The translations under genes were made by a program, and so were the position numbers. A stretch of DNA of 64,000 bases, taken from contig CAVPRD010000003.1 of NCBI GenBank assembly GCA_963707705.1, positions 10,306-74,305 on the forward strand, in the 5' to 3' direction. How positions within the stretch are numbered: position 1 is the first letter of the stretch; every line of letters starts with the position of its first letter. Source of the DNA: an uncultured Pseudomonadota bacterium (GTDB lineage Bacteria; Pseudomonadota; Alphaproteobacteria; Rhizobiales; Xanthobacteraceae). The notes beneath the pieces are model-generated. The model was not told where the DNA came from, made no database searches, and saw only the letters and a program-made list of their open reading frames with translations. This document shows positions 10,078 to 22,530 of this stretch, one piece after another.

Positions 10078-10875
10078 TCAGAGAAACGGCCGCTTGCGCG
10101 GGCCGGACATCTCGAATTTCGCGATTTGTGCCAATGCCTCGCGATCGAGAATTTCAAACACCTTGCCCTTCCAGCGCATCGTACGGGTCGCCGAAAGCTT
10201 CTTCAGGGTCTTGTTCGCATGCACGAGCGACATCCCGAGCGTGTCGGCAATGTGCTGCTGGGTGAAGGGAAACTGAATGGTGTCTCCCTTGGTGAGCCCC
10301 ACCTCCTCCGCGCGCGTGAAAAGGTGCAGGAAAAGATACGCCATGCTCTCGATCGCAGTGCGGCGGCCGACGCTCAGTAGGCTTTCATCGAGGATCTGCT
10401 CTTCGCGAGCGGCGAGCCATGTCACGTCGTAAGCGAGCGCGGGAAATCTGGTGAACAGGTCCCATAATTTCTCGCGCGGAAAAATACAAAGTGTCATATC
10501 GGTCAGCGCCTCGACCGAATGCTGCATCTCGTTGGCGACGGTGCCTTGGAGGCCCAAGAAATCCGACGGCACTGCGAAATTCAATATCTGCCGGCGGCCG
10601 TCCGGGAGACTCTTGTGGCGGAATGCCCAGCCCACCAGCACGGTGTAGAGATAGGCGCTGTTCGTCGCTTGAAGCAGAATGCTGGTGCCGGCTTCGATAT
10701 TGAGTTCGCCCGACTTGAAAGTGCTGACGAAGGAAAGTTCATCCGCCGAGAAATCGCGCAGCACTTCCATGCCCCGGAGAGGACAGCGCTCGCAGGGCAC
10801 CTGCCGGCCAGGAATTGCGACAATCCCGGTGCCGGGCTTGTTGTGCGAGGCCGTCCGCCTCTTGGAAACCGGCAT
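10078..10875 (-). CDS. Crp/Fnr-family transcriptional regulator
   Basis: cNMP-like domain (GRRQILNFAVPSDFLG) and HTH (FPFTQQHIADTLGMSLVHANKTLKKL); N-terminal CERC. Confidence 0.92.
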   Translation of the reverse strand: MPVSKRRTASHNKPGTGIVAIPGRQVPCERCPLRGMEVLRDFSADELSFVSTFKSGELNIEAGTSILLQATNSAYLYTVLVGWAFRHKSLPDGRRQILNFAVPSDFLGLQGTVANEMQHSVEALTDMTLCIFPREKLWDLFTRFPALAYDVTWLAAREEQILDESLLSVGRRTAIESMAYLFLHLFTRAEEVGLTKGDTIQFPFTQQHIADTLGMSLVHANKTLKKLSATRTMRWKGKVFEILDREALAQIAKFEMSGPRKRPFL

Positions 10876-10953
10876 GCCTGGAATGTGCTCGCGTTGATTT
10901 CAGCGCGAGCTAACGCACGAGGCGACTTTCGGTTTCAGCGCGGCCGTAAGATT

Positions 10954-11842
10954 CTATTCGCCACGAAGGAAGCGGAAGATGCCGGAAAAGTCGCGTCCGC
11001 CATCGCCGCCATCAACATATTGCGTGTAGATCGCAGCAGCGCCCGCGCCGAGCGGGGTTGCCGCGCGCACGCCGCGCGCCGCTTCCTGCGCGAGCCGCAA
11101 GTCCTTCAGCATCATGCTGGCGGAGAACCCGGCTTCATAATCGCGATTGGCGGGCGATGTCGGCACCGGCCCCGGCACCGGGCAATAGCTCGTCATCGAC
11201 CAGCATTGGCCGGAAGATTTCGACGAGATATCGAACAGCTTCTGCGCGTCGAGGCCGAGCTTCTCAGCCAGCAAAAACGCTTCCGACACCGCGATCATCG
11301 AGATGCCGAGAACCATATTGTTGCAGATCTTGGCGGCCTGGCCGTTGCCGGGGCCGCCGGCATGCACGATGGTCTTGCCCATGGCCTCGAGGACCGGCTT
11401 CGCCATTTCGAAGGCCTCGTCGCTGCCGCCGACCATGAAGGTGAGCGTGCCGCCCTGGGCGCCGCCGACGCCGCCGGAAACCGGCGCATCCACCATCAAT
11501 ATGCCTTTGGCTTCGGCGGAGGCCGCAACATTGCGCGTGGTCTCGACATCGATGGTCGAGGAATCTGATCAGGAGCGAGCCCGGCTTCGCATGCGCAAGA
11601 ACACCGTCCGCACCGAGATAGATCTCGTTCACCTCCCTGCCCGACGGCAGCATCGTGATAATGACGTCGGCCTCGGCAGCGGCAGCGCCCGGATCGCTGG
11701 CAGACTGGCCGCCGGCGGCGACCAGCTGCTCCACCGCCTGCGCATTGACGTCGGTGCCGATCACCGTGTGTCCCGCCGTGATCAGGTTCTGCGCCATCGG
11801 CCCGCCCATATTGCCGAGTCCGATGAAAGCAATTTTCGCCAT
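10954..11842 (-). CDS. mmsB: 3-hydroxyisobutyrate dehydrogenase; +1 frameshift at about 11566
   Basis: IAFIGLGNMGGPMA Rossmann motif, (LI)DSSTID split by one extra base, DAPVSGG, AKICNNM. Confidence 0.92.
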
Positions 11843-11888
11843 TCAATCCTCCCGTTCGGGCATTGCGTTATTGTTCTTCATCGCGTCT

Positions 11889-12377
11889 TCAATGCGGATG
11901 CTCTCGCGCCGATTGCAGCGCGAGCACAAGATAGCAGCAGAGCAGGATCAATTCGATCACGACCACGAGCATAGAGCCGCCATAGATTTGCGGAAAAAAC
12001 ACTTCGACTGCCGCCATCGATACGCCCGCGGTGAGCCACACCACGGCGCCCCAAACCGCGGCGAGCCAGAGCCCGACGGCCGCCACCAGATCGATGATTG
12101 CGAAATAGACGGTCGCGGTCTGCCATGGCACCGACTGGGTGCTGAAATTCGAGTCCGGGCCTTCGCCGATCCCGAGCACCACGCTCCAGTGATACAGACC
12201 CTTCATCATCGACACGACCGCCATGACGCGCAGAAACAGGACCAGCCAGCGCGTCCAGCGGTACTGGTCCTTGTTTTCGTCCGCCGCCTGCACCGGCTCG
12301 AGCGCAGGCCGCTGGACCGCGATGATGCGCTCGCTGGCCACTGCCTCGGTTGCGTGTTCTTCAACAGTATCGTTCAT
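11889..12377 (+). CDS. Membrane protein, DUF6163-like
   Basis: WTRWLVLFLRVMAV...GLYHW...DLVAAVGLWL; about four TM helices; usual neighbour of ldtR/hemB in Rhizobiales. Confidence 0.75.
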
Positions 12378-13459
12378 GCGATCGCCAGTTCGCCATCCGG
12401 CAGGTGTTCGAAATAGCCTTCAATCAGGGTCTCAGGCACATCGCCAAGGGTAGAAGGCGACCAGCGCGGATTGCCGTCCTTGTCGATGATGACTGCGCGC
12501 ACCCCCTCATACATATCGTGACCATAGACGATCCGCGACACGATGCGAAATTCGGCGCCCATGCAGCCCTCGAAGGAATGGATGGCTCCGAATCGCATCT
12601 GGGCCAGCGCCAGTTTCAGGCTGGTCGGGGATTTGCTGCGGATGGTCTGCGCGGTCGCGGCCGACCATTGCGACTGGTCGGTCCCTTTCTGGGCCTCCCG
12701 CTCGAGAGCGCCCAGGATCGCCTCGACCGAGCCCTGAGAAAACGTCCGATCGATGGTACGCCGCCGCGGCATGACCTCCCCGGCCCCCGGCTTTTCCATG
12801 AAATCGGCGAGCACGGCGTTGACTGGATCGCGGGCCGAGAGCGCCGACAAAAGCGCATCGAAACGGGCCGACTTCACGTAATGGGTGGCAGCCCCCGACA
12901 GCACGGCATCGCTTGCCTTCAGCCGCTCTCCGGTCAGCGCCGCGTAGGTACCGATCTCGCCTGCAAGTCGGGACAGTGCATAGGTGCCTCCGACATCCGG
13001 GAAAAATCCAATGCTCACTTCCGGCATCGCAAACGCATAGCGGTCGCCCGCAACCCGATGCGACCCGTGAATGGAGATCCCAACCCCGCCGCCCATCACG
13101 ATGCCGTCGATCAGCGAGATATAGGGCTTGCGATAGCGCTTGATCTTGGCGTTCAGCACGTACTCTTCCCGAAAGAAGCGCAGCGCCTGTTCTTGCTTCC
13201 CTGCCTTGCCGAGTTCGTACAAGGCGCGGATGTCGCCGCCGGCACAGAAAGCGCGATCGCCGTTGGCGGTGACGATCACCCGCGTCACGGCGTCGTCATG
13301 CGTCCAAAGGTCGAGTTGCGTCGACAGCGCATGGACCATCTCGTGGGTGATTGCGTTCAGCGCCTTCGGGCGGTTGAGCGTAACGACGCCGGCAGCGCCG
13401 CGCCGCTCGAACAGAATGTCCCGATTGAGATGAGTGTCTTGCAAATCAGTTTTCCACAA
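12374..13459 (-). CDS. 3-hydroxyisobutyryl-CoA hydrolase (enoyl-CoA hydratase/isomerase family); start uncertain
   Basis: LNRPKALNA, AFCAGGDI, GIVMGGGVG, MPEVSIGFFPDVG, EGVRAVIIDKD. The start is probably a TTG at 13459 or 13444. Confidence 0.88.
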   Translation of the reverse strand: MWKTDLQDTHLNRDILFERRGAAGVVTLNRPKALNAITHEMVHALSTQLDLWTHDDAVTRVIVTANGDRAFCAGGDIRALYELGKAGKQEQALRFFREEYVLNAKIKRYRKPYISLIDGIVMGGGVGISIHGSHRVAGDRYAFAMPEVSIGFFPDVGGTYALSRLAGEIGTYAALTGERLKASDAVLSGAATHYVKSARFDALLSALSARDPVNAVLADFMEKPGAGEVMPRRRTIDRTFSQGSVEAILGALEREAQKGTDQSQWSAATAQTIRSKSPTSLKLALAQMRFGAIHSFEGCMGAEFRIVSRIVYGHDMYEGVRAVIIDKDGNPRWSPSTLGDVPETLIEGYFEHLPDGELAIA

Positions 13460-13460
13460 G

Positions 13461-14600
13461 TCAGTTTTCCAGGAGATCACGGCTGACGATGAGCCGCATG
13501 ATTTCGTTAGTGCCTTCGAGGATCTGGTGCACGCGCACGTCACGCAGCACGCGTTCGATCGGATGATCGCGCAGATAGCCATAGCCGCCGTGCAATTGCA
13601 GACAGCCATTCACCGCCTCGAAACCGGCATCGGTCGCAAAGCGTTTCGCCATCGCTGCAAGCCGCGTCGCGCCAGGCTCGCGGTGGCTCACCGCATGGGC
13701 GGCGCGCCGCACCATCAATCGTGAAGCTTCGAGCTCGGTCGCGTAGTCGGCAATCCGAAACCGCAGCGCCTGAAAGTCCGACAGCCGCGATCCGAATTGC
13801 TTGCGGTCACGCATATAGTCGATCGTGCGGTCGAGACAGAATTGCGCCCCGCCGATCGAGCAGGCCGCGATGTTGAGCCGTCCGCCGTCGAGCCCCATCA
13901 TCGCAATCTTGAAGCCGTCGCCCTCGTTGCCGATCAGATTCGCCACCGGCACGCGGCAATTCTCGAACATCACCATCGCTGTCGGCTGGGATTTCCAGCC
14001 GAGTTTCTTTTCCGGGGCACCGAAGGAAAGACCAGCAGCACCCTTCTCTACCACGATGCATGAAATGCCCTTCGATCCCGCGGCGCCCGTGCGCACCATG
14101 CAGACATAGACATCGGACGTGCCGCCGCCCGAGATGAAGGCTTTGGCACCGTCGAGGATGTAATGGTCGCCATCGCGCCGCGCGCGCGTTGAAAGGCTTG
14201 CGGCATCCGAGCCGGCGCCTGGCTCGGTCAGGCAGTAACTTGCGAAATGCTCCATGCTGCAGAGCTTCGGCAGAAAGCGCGCGCGCTGAGATTCGTTGCC
14301 GAAGCCATCGATCATCCAGGCGGCCATGTTGTGGATCGAGATGTAAGCCGCGGTCGAAGTGCAGCCCTGGGCCAGTTCCTCGAAGATGATCGTGGCATCC
14401 AGGCGCGACAATGCCGACCCTCCGACATCTTCCTTTACATAGACGCCGCCGAAGCCGAGCGCGGCAGCTTCCCGCAAAGTTTCGATCGGGAATATCTCTT
14501 TCTCATCCCATTCCGCGGCCTGAGGCATCATTGCCTGGTGCGCGAATTGGCGGGCGGTGGCCTGAAAGGCGCGCTGATCCTCCGAAAGGGCGAAATCCAT
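13461..14600 (-). CDS. Isobutyryl-CoA / acyl-CoA dehydrogenase
   Basis: [42 protein letters not shown]. Confidence 0.93.
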   Translation of the reverse strand: MDFALSEDQRAFQATARQFAHQAMMPQAAEWDEKEIFPIETLREAAALGFGGVYVKEDVGGSALSRLDATIIFEELAQGCTSTAAYISIHNMAAWMIDGFGNESQRARFLPKLCSMEHFASYCLTEPGAGSDAASLSTRARRDGDHYILDGAKAFISGGGTSDVYVCMVRTGAAGSKGISCIVVEKGAAGLSFGAPEKKLGWKSQPTAMVMFENCRVPVANLIGNEGDGFKIAMMGLDGGRLNIAACSIGGAQFCLDRTIDYMRDRKQFGSRLSDFQALRFRIADYATELEASRLMVRRAAHAVSHREPGATRLAAMAKRFATDAGFEAVNGCLQLHGGYGYLRDHPIERVLRDVRVHQILEGTNEIMRLIVSRDLLEN

Positions 14601-14709
14601 GCGGTATCGATAGGTTATCCCGGCGCCGGCAACAACCGGGATAGCGCTACAATTACCTCCATTCGCGGGCCGTGGTACTCAAAGGCCTTCGCATCCGGGA
14701 GCCAAGCAG

Positions 14710-15000
14710 ATGAGCGCCTTTGTGATCTTCGACGTCGATATCCGCGATCCCGCCCGCTATCAGGAATTCATGAACGGGGTGAAGCCGGCTCTGGAACAAG
14801 CCGGCGCGAAATACCTCGCTCGCGGCGGCGCTCACAAGGTTTACGAAGGCGATTGGGAACCACGCCGCATCGTGCTTTTGGAGTTTCCATCGGTCCAAGC
14901 TTGGGAGGATTTCTATTACGGCCCGGTCTATCAAGGGCTAAAGGGCATCCGCGACGAATGCAGTTCGGCGCGGCTCGTCAGCGTTATCGGTATGGCCTGA
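14710..15000 (+). CDS. DUF1330 family protein
   Basis: GAKYLARGG...EGDWEPRRIVLLEFPS...FYYGPVYQ pattern. Confidence 0.8.
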   Translation: MSAFVIFDVDIRDPARYQEFMNGVKPALEQAGAKYLARGGAHKVYEGDWEPRRIVLLEFPSVQAWEDFYYGPVYQGLKGIRDECSSARLVSVIGMA

Positions 15001-15047
15001 TCGGCCCGCCAAAACGGCGGATGGCCGCGCCGCGCCGAAAGCGCTAA

Positions 15048-16130
<1,083 letters not shown>

Positions 16131-16228
16131 GCGCAGTCGACAATGTGGCGCTTGTTTCTGCGCTCTCCCCCTGTGCAGGGGAGAGCTGCATTTATCCGCA
16201 TCGTTTTGCGGGTACGCTCAAGAGAGGC

Positions 16229-17143
16229 TCAATTTTTCCTGAACATTCGCCGCCACCCGGTCTTGTCGGATCGCGCGGCCGGCTGGGTATTCACCGGCGG
16301 CAGCCAGGCCTTGTGCAATTCCTTCCTCAATTCCGGATCAGTATTGGGCAGGACCAGCCTTTCAAAGGCGTTTGCAACCTGCTGATATTCGAATTCGCAA
16401 CCTTCTGCACGGTCCTTCGGCAACTTGCCGCTCGCAACAAAGTCGCCAAACAGCACCGGGTCGGCACCGTAAGCGAGGCAAAGGACGTTGTAATAGCGCT
16501 GCGACGGCGTGCCATGCACATCCGAAAATTTCCGCATCGATTGCACAACCACCGGCGAGCGGACATCGCCCTTGTATTGGTACGCGTTTCCCAGAATAAG
16601 CCGCCGCGCCTCGTTCTTGTCGAACTGAAGCATGATGTAGGTCGAGAACATGTCCGCTGCGTCCTCCTCTCGACCGAGAAGCGGCGTCTTCCAATAGTCA
16701 AACACTGCATGGCCTACCTCATGCAGGAACACGTCGATCAGGGGGCCAAGCAGCGCGTCGACCGGCGCAATCTCCGCGGTCGATGCCGCGGGCACATTCT
16801 TCCAGATGTCGTCCAGGAATTCATAGCAAATCGTAACCGCATCTTCTTCGTACCACGCGTTGGATACGCCATCGCAACCTTCGGTCTTGATCAGCAGCCG
16901 CCGTGGCAATAGCAGCGGAGCCAGCAACGTCTGGATTTTCTCCAGGGCATTGGCCTTCCTGATCTGTTCGTAAACCGGGCGCAGCGCGGAATTCTTCGGT
17001 TCGACATATTGAATATCGACCTGCTTCGGCTTCATTTCTTGCGCCGGCGCCGTCGAAGAGACGGCACATGCAAGGCAAGACAAAATCACGACATATCGAG
17101 TTGCGCGCATCGCCCTTCCTCCAGCGTTTTCATCTCCAGTCAT
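16229..17143 (-). CDS. Secreted DUF4344-like HEXXH metallopeptidase
   Basis: Signal peptide, CDGVSNAWY, FLHEVGHA, REEDAAD, HGTPSQRYYNVLC. Confidence 0.8.
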   Translation of the reverse strand: MTGDENAGGRAMRATRYVVILSCLACAVSSTAPAQEMKPKQVDIQYVEPKNSALRPVYEQIRKANALEKIQTLLAPLLLPRRLLIKTEGCDGVSNAWYEEDAVTICYEFLDDIWKNVPAASTAEIAPVDALLGPLIDVFLHEVGHAVFDYWKTPLLGREEDAADMFSTYIMLQFDKNEARRLILGNAYQYKGDVRSPVVVQSMRKFSDVHGTPSQRYYNVLCLAYGADPVLFGDFVASGKLPKDRAEGCEFEYQQVANAFERLVLPNTDPELRKELHKAWLPPVNTQPAARSDKTGWRRMFRKN

Positions 17144-18360
17144 CCCCGCACGTCGCTTGCATTGATACGCACCGGGCTGTAACCGTCGGCGCCAAGTGCC
17201 GCGATGATCTCCTCCGCGTGGGCGCGGTCGCGGGTCTCCACCGTCACATCGAGACGCGCGCCTTTCGCGGGCACATCCAGAAACAGCCGCTTGTGATCAA
17301 CTTCCAGTATATTGGCGCCGAGCGCGCCGATGCGGCTTGCGATCTGACCCAGGATACCGGGCCGGTCGGGAATGGTGAGGCGAAAAGATACGACCTGCTC
17401 GCCGCGTTCAAGTTCGCGCACCATGATCGACGCGAGAATGCGCGGATCGATGTTGCCGCCGCACAGGATGAGCCCGACCTTCTTGCCGGCAAAGCGCTTC
17501 GGCTCTTTCAGCATCGCCGCGAGACCCGCCGCGCCCGCGCCCTCCGCCATCGTCTTCTGCAAGGTCAGGTAGGCGTTCACCGCACGTTCGAGCTGCGATT
17601 CCGAAACCAGCACGATGTCTGAAACTTTTTCCCGGATCACCGGCAACGCCAGCTTGCCGACATTCTTCACCGCGATGCCTTCTGCGAGTGTGGCCCCTCC
17701 GCAAGGGCGATCCTCCCCGTTCAAGGCATTCCACATCGAGGGATAAAGTTCGGATTCGACGCCTACGATCTCGATGCTGTGGCGGATCGATTTTGCCGCG
17801 ATCGCATTGCCGGCGATCAGGCCACCGCCGCCGATCGGAATTACCAGCGCATCGAGATCGGAGCGATCGGCGAGCATCTCGACGGCGATCGTGCCTTGTC
17901 CTGCAATGATCCGCGGGTCGTCGTAAGGATGGATGAAGATCAGGTCCCGCTCGGACTGCATGGCCTCAGCGCGCGCCTGCGCTTCCGCAACGGTTTCACC
18001 GTGCAGCACCACCACGGCACCATGCGCACGAGTTGCCGCGATCTTCACGAATGGCGTTGTCACCGGCATCACGATGGTGGCCGCGATCCCAAGCCGGGCA
18101 GCATGATAGGCGACCGCCTGCGCATGATTGCCCGCCGACATCGCGATTACGCCGCGGGCGCGGTCGGCCGCGGGAAGGCTCGCGAGCTTGTTCAGCGCGC
18201 CGCGCTCCTTGAAGGAGTTGGTAACCTGCAGATTCTCGTATTTGACGAAGACCTCGGCGCCGGTCAGCTCCGACAATTTCGGCGCCGGCAGCATCGGGGT
18301 GCGCAACACCCGCCCCTCGAGGATATTCTGGGCATCCTCTATGTCGGTCAGCGTAACCAT
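17140..18360 (-). CDS. Threonine ammonia-lyase with C-terminal ACT domain
   Basis: KYENLQVTNSFKERGA, SAGNHAQ, PIGGGGLIAG, DRPGILG ACT; start placed at MVTLTDI. Confidence 0.92.
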   Translation of the reverse strand: MVTLTDIEDAQNILEGRVLRTPMLPAPKLSELTGAEVFVKYENLQVTNSFKERGALNKLASLPAADRARGVIAMSAGNHAQAVAYHAARLGIAATIVMPVTTPFVKIAATRAHGAVVVLHGETVAEAQARAEAMQSERDLIFIHPYDDPRIIAGQGTIAVEMLADRSDLDALVIPIGGGGLIAGNAIAAKSIRHSIEIVGVESELYPSMWNALNGEDRPCGGATLAEGIAVKNVGKLALPVIREKVSDIVLVSESQLERAVNAYLTLQKTMAEGAGAAGLAAMLKEPKRFAGKKVGLILCGGNIDPRILASIMVRELERGEQVVSFRLTIPDRPGILGQIASRIGALGANILEVDHKRLFLDVPAKGARLDVTVETRDRAHAEEIIAALGADGYSPVRINASDVRG

Positions 18361-18530
18361 TGGCTCTCCTGCGGAGCGCACTATAGGCCCGACTCGGCCA
18401 AAGGCGCACTCGTCCGGCAGAACGGTCGGCCGGTGGGCTAGGCCAATGGCCGATTCTTGTCCTTCTTGCCCGCTCCTGACTTGGTTATGATCCGCAACCG
18501 GATTCGGGTAACACGTTTTGCAGGTGGCCC

Positions 18531-19076
18531 ATGGCGGACGAAAAGGCGCGCATTGGCGCTCCCTATGACGTAAAGCCGCATGCCTATGATCCGGATCAGA
18601 ATCCGGAATTGTTTGACGGCGTCCCGGCGCGGCGCCTGGTCGCCTTCCTGATCGATCTGGTGGTGATCTCAATACCGCTCGTGCTGGTCGCGATTTTCAT
18701 TTTCGCCGTTGGCATCGTGACGCTCGGGTTGGGCTTCGCCCTCTATGGGCTGATGCCGGGCATTTCGGTGCTATGGGCCCTGTTCTATTACGGCTCTACC
18801 CTGGGAAGCCCAAGCTCGGCGACCATCGGCATGCGGGCCATGGATATCGAAATGCGCACCTGGTATGGCGACCCGGCCTATTTCGTATTGGGCGCCGTCC
18901 ACGCCATCGTTTTCTGGGTGACCGTGAGTGCGCTAACCCCTTTCATCCTGTTGATATGCTTCTTCAATGCACGAAAGCGCCTGCTGCACGACTTCCTCGT
19001 GGGCACGGTAATTATCAATAATCCCGCCAGGGCCCAGTCTTTGGCCGGGACATTGCGCCCCACTCCAAATGTTTGA
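18531..19076 (+). CDS. RDD family membrane protein
   Basis: RRLVAFLID, ATIGMRAMD, RKRLLHDFLVGT. Confidence 0.88.
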   Translation: MADEKARIGAPYDVKPHAYDPDQNPELFDGVPARRLVAFLIDLVVISIPLVLVAIFIFAVGIVTLGLGFALYGLMPGISVLWALFYYGSTLGSPSSATIGMRAMDIEMRTWYGDPAYFVLGAVHAIVFWVTVSALTPFILLICFFNARKRLLHDFLVGTVIINNPARAQSLAGTLRPTPNV

Positions 19077-19127
19077 CGAAAGTGCCGTGACGGGAGAAAT
19101 TCGGGGCCGGACCGGTGAGAACGGCTC

Positions 19128-19871
19128 GTGACCCAGCATTCGCGCGACACGCCGCAATTCTACCTGACTGCCCCGTCCCCCTGCCCGTACCTGACTGGCA
19201 AGGAGGAGCGGAAGGTCTTTACCCATCTGGTGGGCGACCGGGCACCGGGCCTGAACGACCTCCTCACTCATGGCGGGTTCCGCCGCAGCCAGTCGATCGC
19301 CTACAGGCCGGCCTGCGAGACCTGCCGGGCCTGTGTCTCGGTGCGGGTGGTGGCGGAGGATTTCATGCCGACGCGCTCGATGAAGCGGGTCGAGCAGCGC
19401 AACGAGGACGTGACCGCCGAAATGCGCTCCGCGGTGCCGAGCTCCGAGCAATATTCGATCTTCCGCGCCTATCTGGATTCGCGACACCGCGACGGCGGCA
19501 TGGCCGACATGACCGTGCTCGACTACGCCATGATGGTGGAGGACAGCCATGTCGAGACGCGCGTGGTGGAATACCGGTTGCACTCGCCATCGTCTTCGGC
19601 GCGACGCGCCGGGCCATTGATCGCGGTCGCCCTCACCGACGTGCTCAATGACGGGCTGTCGATGGTCTATTCGTTCTTCGAACCGGAGCAGGAAAACCGC
19701 TCGCTCGGTACGCTGATGATCCTCGATCATATCGAGCGTGCGCGGCGAATGAAGCTGCCTTACGTCTATCTTGGCTATTGGGTACGCGGCTCGCGCAAGA
19801 TGGACTACAAGAGCCGGTTCCTGCCGCAGGAGCGGCTGTCGTCGCAGGGCTGGGTTCGCGCCGAGATGTAA
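19128..19871 (+). CDS. bpt: Arginyl-tRNA-protein transferase-like / Asp-Glu leucyltransferase (Bpt/Ate family)
   Basis: CPYL...[43 protein letters not shown]. Confidence 0.9.
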   Translation: MTQHSRDTPQFYLTAPSPCPYLTGKEERKVFTHLVGDRAPGLNDLLTHGGFRRSQSIAYRPACETCRACVSVRVVAEDFMPTRSMKRVEQRNEDVTAEMRSAVPSSEQYSIFRAYLDSRHRDGGMADMTVLDYAMMVEDSHVETRVVEYRLHSPSSSARRAGPLIAVALTDVLNDGLSMVYSFFEPEQENRSLGTLMILDHIERARRMKLPYVYLGYWVRGSRKMDYKSRFLPQERLSSQGWVRAEM

Positions 19872-19887
19872 TTCCCCGGAAGGACGA

Positions 19888-22140
19888 TCAACTGATCGTT
19901 TTGCCGAAATGGTTGCTCTTCGGAAATCCCTTGGGCGCAAGCCGTCCGGCATCGGAGCGATTGCCGCGCCAGTCCGACAATTCTTTCGTCGTCATCACAA
20001 AGCTGCGGCCGGCACTGTCGAGCCAGGTCAGCCCCTCCTTTGAGTCGAACGTGATCACGTCCGACAAATTGCCGTCCTTGTAGCGCTGCAGCCGGACGCC
20101 CGCGCCGCGCATCATGTCCGGCACCTGGTTGAGCGCGAAAATGAGCATTTTGCGGTTCTCGCCAATCGTCGCCGCGAGATCGCCTTCGATCACGCACATC
20201 GCGACCGCCTTGTCCGGCGCCTTGACGTTCAGCACCTGCTTGCCCTTGCGGGTATTCGCCAGGCACTCGTCCTCCGGCACCATGAAGCCCTTGCCGTCAC
20301 CTGACGCGATCAGGAATTTGCGGCCGCCCTGATGCTTGAAGGCGGCAACGATATCGGCGTCCTGTTCGAGATCGATGAACAGTCGTACCGGCTCGCCATG
20401 TCCGCGCCCGCCGGGCAGCTTCGAGGCCTCGATGGTGTAGAACTTACCGTTGCTGGCAAAGAACACACATTTCGATGTGGTCTCGGCAGGGAAGGAGAAT
20501 TTCAAAGCGTCGTCGGATTTGAACACGACGCCCGACAGATCGGTGACGTGGCCGCGTAGCGCCCGCACCCAGCCCTTTTCCGAGACCACGACCGTGATCG
20601 GCTCGCGCTCGACCAGCACCTCGGCGAGTTCCTGCTCGACATCGCGCACGGTGCCGAACGTGGTGCGACGCTTGCCGAGCGGCGTTTTCGGCCCAAACGT
20701 GTCGCGCACTTTCCTGATTTCGTCTGCGACCGTCTTCCATTGCTGGTCGTCGGACTTGAGCAACGCCTTCAGCTTCTTGAGTTCTTCGCGAAGATCCTTG
20801 TCCTCGCTCTTGATCTCCATTTCCTCGAGTTTGCGCAAGTTGCGCAGGCGCATGTTGAGAATGGCATCGGCCTGCACCTCGGTGAGCTTGAAGGTCTTGA
20901 TCAGGACCGGCTTCGGCTCATCCTCGGTGCGGATGATCTTGATCACCTTGTCGAGATTCAGGTACGCGATCAGATAGCCGCCGAGCACTTCGAGCCGATG
21001 CTCGATAGCGTCGACCCGATGCTTGCTCCGCCGCACCAGCACATCGCGGCGATGGTCGAGCCATTCGCGCAGCGCTTCGGCGAGGCCTACGACCCGCGGC
21101 ACCTTGCCCTTGATCAACACATTCATGTTCAGGGGAATGCGGCTTTCCAGCTCGCTTACCTTGAACAGGGATTCCATCAGCAGCAGAGGATCGACGGTGC
21201 GCGATTTCGGCTCGATCACGATCCGGATATCGGCGGCCGATTCATCGCGAATATCGGCAACCAGCGGAAGTTTTCGCTCGTTCAGCAATTCGGCGATGCG
21301 TTCGATCAACCTCGACTTTTGAACGAGCCACGGAATCTCGGTGACCACGATCTGATAGGAACCGCGGCCGCCGTCTTCCTTGCTCCAGCGCGCGCGAATA
21401 CGAAATCCACCACGACCGGTCGTATAGGCTTCGGCGATCGCTTCCTTGCTGTCGACCACGACGCCGCCGGTCGGGAAATCGGGGCCCGGCACATATTTCA
21501 AAAGTGTCTTCGAACGCGCATTGGGATTATCGATCAGGAACAGGGCGGCTTCGCATAGTTCCGCCGCATTGTGCGGCGGGATCGAGGTCGCCATGCCGAC
21601 TGCGATGCCCTGCGAACCATTGGCCAGCAGGTTCGGAAAGGCGCCTGGCAGCACCACCGGCTCTTCCGAAAGACCATCGTAGTTCGGACGGAACTCGACT
21701 GCGTTCTCGTCGATGCCATCGAGCAGAAGTCGCGCGACCTCGGTCATCCGCGCTTCGGTGTAGCGATAGGCGGCGGCGTTATCGCCGTCGATATTGCCGA
21801 AGTTCCCTTGCCCATCGATCAGCGGATAGCGCGAGGAGAAATCCTGCGCGAGCCGCACCAGCGCGTCATAGATCGCCTGGTCGCCATGTGGATGGAAATT
21901 GCCCATCACGTCGCCGACAATCTTGGCGGATTTCTTTGGTGTCGAACCGGGGGCCAGCCGCAGAAGATTCATGCCGTGCAGAATGCGCCGGTGAACCGGC
22001 TTCAGCCCGTCGCGCGCATCCGGCAATGCGCGATGCATAATGGTCGACAGCGCATAGGCCAGGTAGCGCTCCTCGAGCGCGTCCCGCAGCCCGATCTCCT
22101 GCACATCCTTGTCTGGAGGTGGAATCAGTCGTGTGCCCAT
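19888..22140 (-). CDS. parC: DNA topoisomerase IV subunit A
   Basis: [47 protein letters not shown]. Confidence 0.97.
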   Translation of the reverse strand: MGTRLIPPPDKDVQEIGLRDALEERYLAYALSTIMHRALPDARDGLKPVHRRILHGMNLLRLAPGSTPKKSAKIVGDVMGNFHPHGDQAIYDALVRLAQDFSSRYPLIDGQGNFGNIDGDNAAAYRYTEARMTEVARLLLDGIDENAVEFRPNYDGLSEEPVVLPGAFPNLLANGSQGIAVGMATSIPPHNAAELCEAALFLIDNPNARSKTLLKYVPGPDFPTGGVVVDSKEAIAEAYTTGRGGFRIRARWSKEDGGRGSYQIVVTEIPWLVQKSRLIERIAELLNERKLPLVADIRDESAADIRIVIEPKSRTVDPLLLMESLFKVSELESRIPLNMNVLIKGKVPRVVGLAEALREWLDHRRDVLVRRSKHRVDAIEHRLEVLGGYLIAYLNLDKVIKIIRTEDEPKPVLIKTFKLTEVQADAILNMRLRNLRKLEEMEIKSEDKDLREELKKLKALLKSDDQQWKTVADEIRKVRDTFGPKTPLGKRRTTFGTVRDVEQELAEVLVEREPITVVVSEKGWVRALRGHVTDLSGVVFKSDDALKFSFPAETTSKCVFFASNGKFYTIEASKLPGGRGHGEPVRLFIDLEQDADIVAAFKHQGGRKFLIASGDGKGFMVPEDECLANTRKGKQVLNVKAPDKAVAMCVIEGDLAATIGENRKMLIFALNQVPDMMRGAGVRLQRYKDGNLSDVITFDSKEGLTWLDSAGRSFVMTTKELSDWRGNRSDAGRLAPKGFPKSNHFGKTIS

Positions 22141-22481
22141 GCCAATTCGGTACTGCGCAATCGCGGCGTGAACAAGCGATGAACGTCGAAAACAGTCGCG
22201 ATTCCTTGGCTGTCAGGTGAAGTCTCGTCGCGTGATACGGCCACCGCGTCGCACAAATCGCGCGTTCGCGGACACAGACCGATCGAGCTGAAAACGAGGT
22301 CAATCTCGAATGCCGTTGCCGTCGAGGTGGCCCCAATTCTGTCGACGTTCACTCCTCGTCATGGACGATTTATGTCGCGGGCCTGAAATTTCGAGGGCAT
22401 CCCGCCGTATTCAGTGCAACTTTACCATCGTGGCCGCGCAGGGGTCCATTAGGCGGCAGGGATCATTCTGGTTCCAGAGGG

Positions 22482-22513
22482 GCCGGTCCGAAAGGACCGG
22501 CATCTTTGTTTTT
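22482..22513 (+). terminator. GAAA-tetraloop hairpin with T-rich tail on the plus strand
   Basis: GCCGGTCC-GAAA-GGACCGGC-ATCTTTGTTTTT between recO and parC. Confidence 0.55.
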
Positions 22514-22530
22514 AGGCAACCCGAATTGCT

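Noticed and set aside
18361-18672. 104-aa N-terminal extension on threonine ammonia-lyase, and similar extensions on era, the hydrolase, dapA and the PAS protein
   Set aside because: Upstream open frames without protein-like composition; family homology starts at the later start codon.
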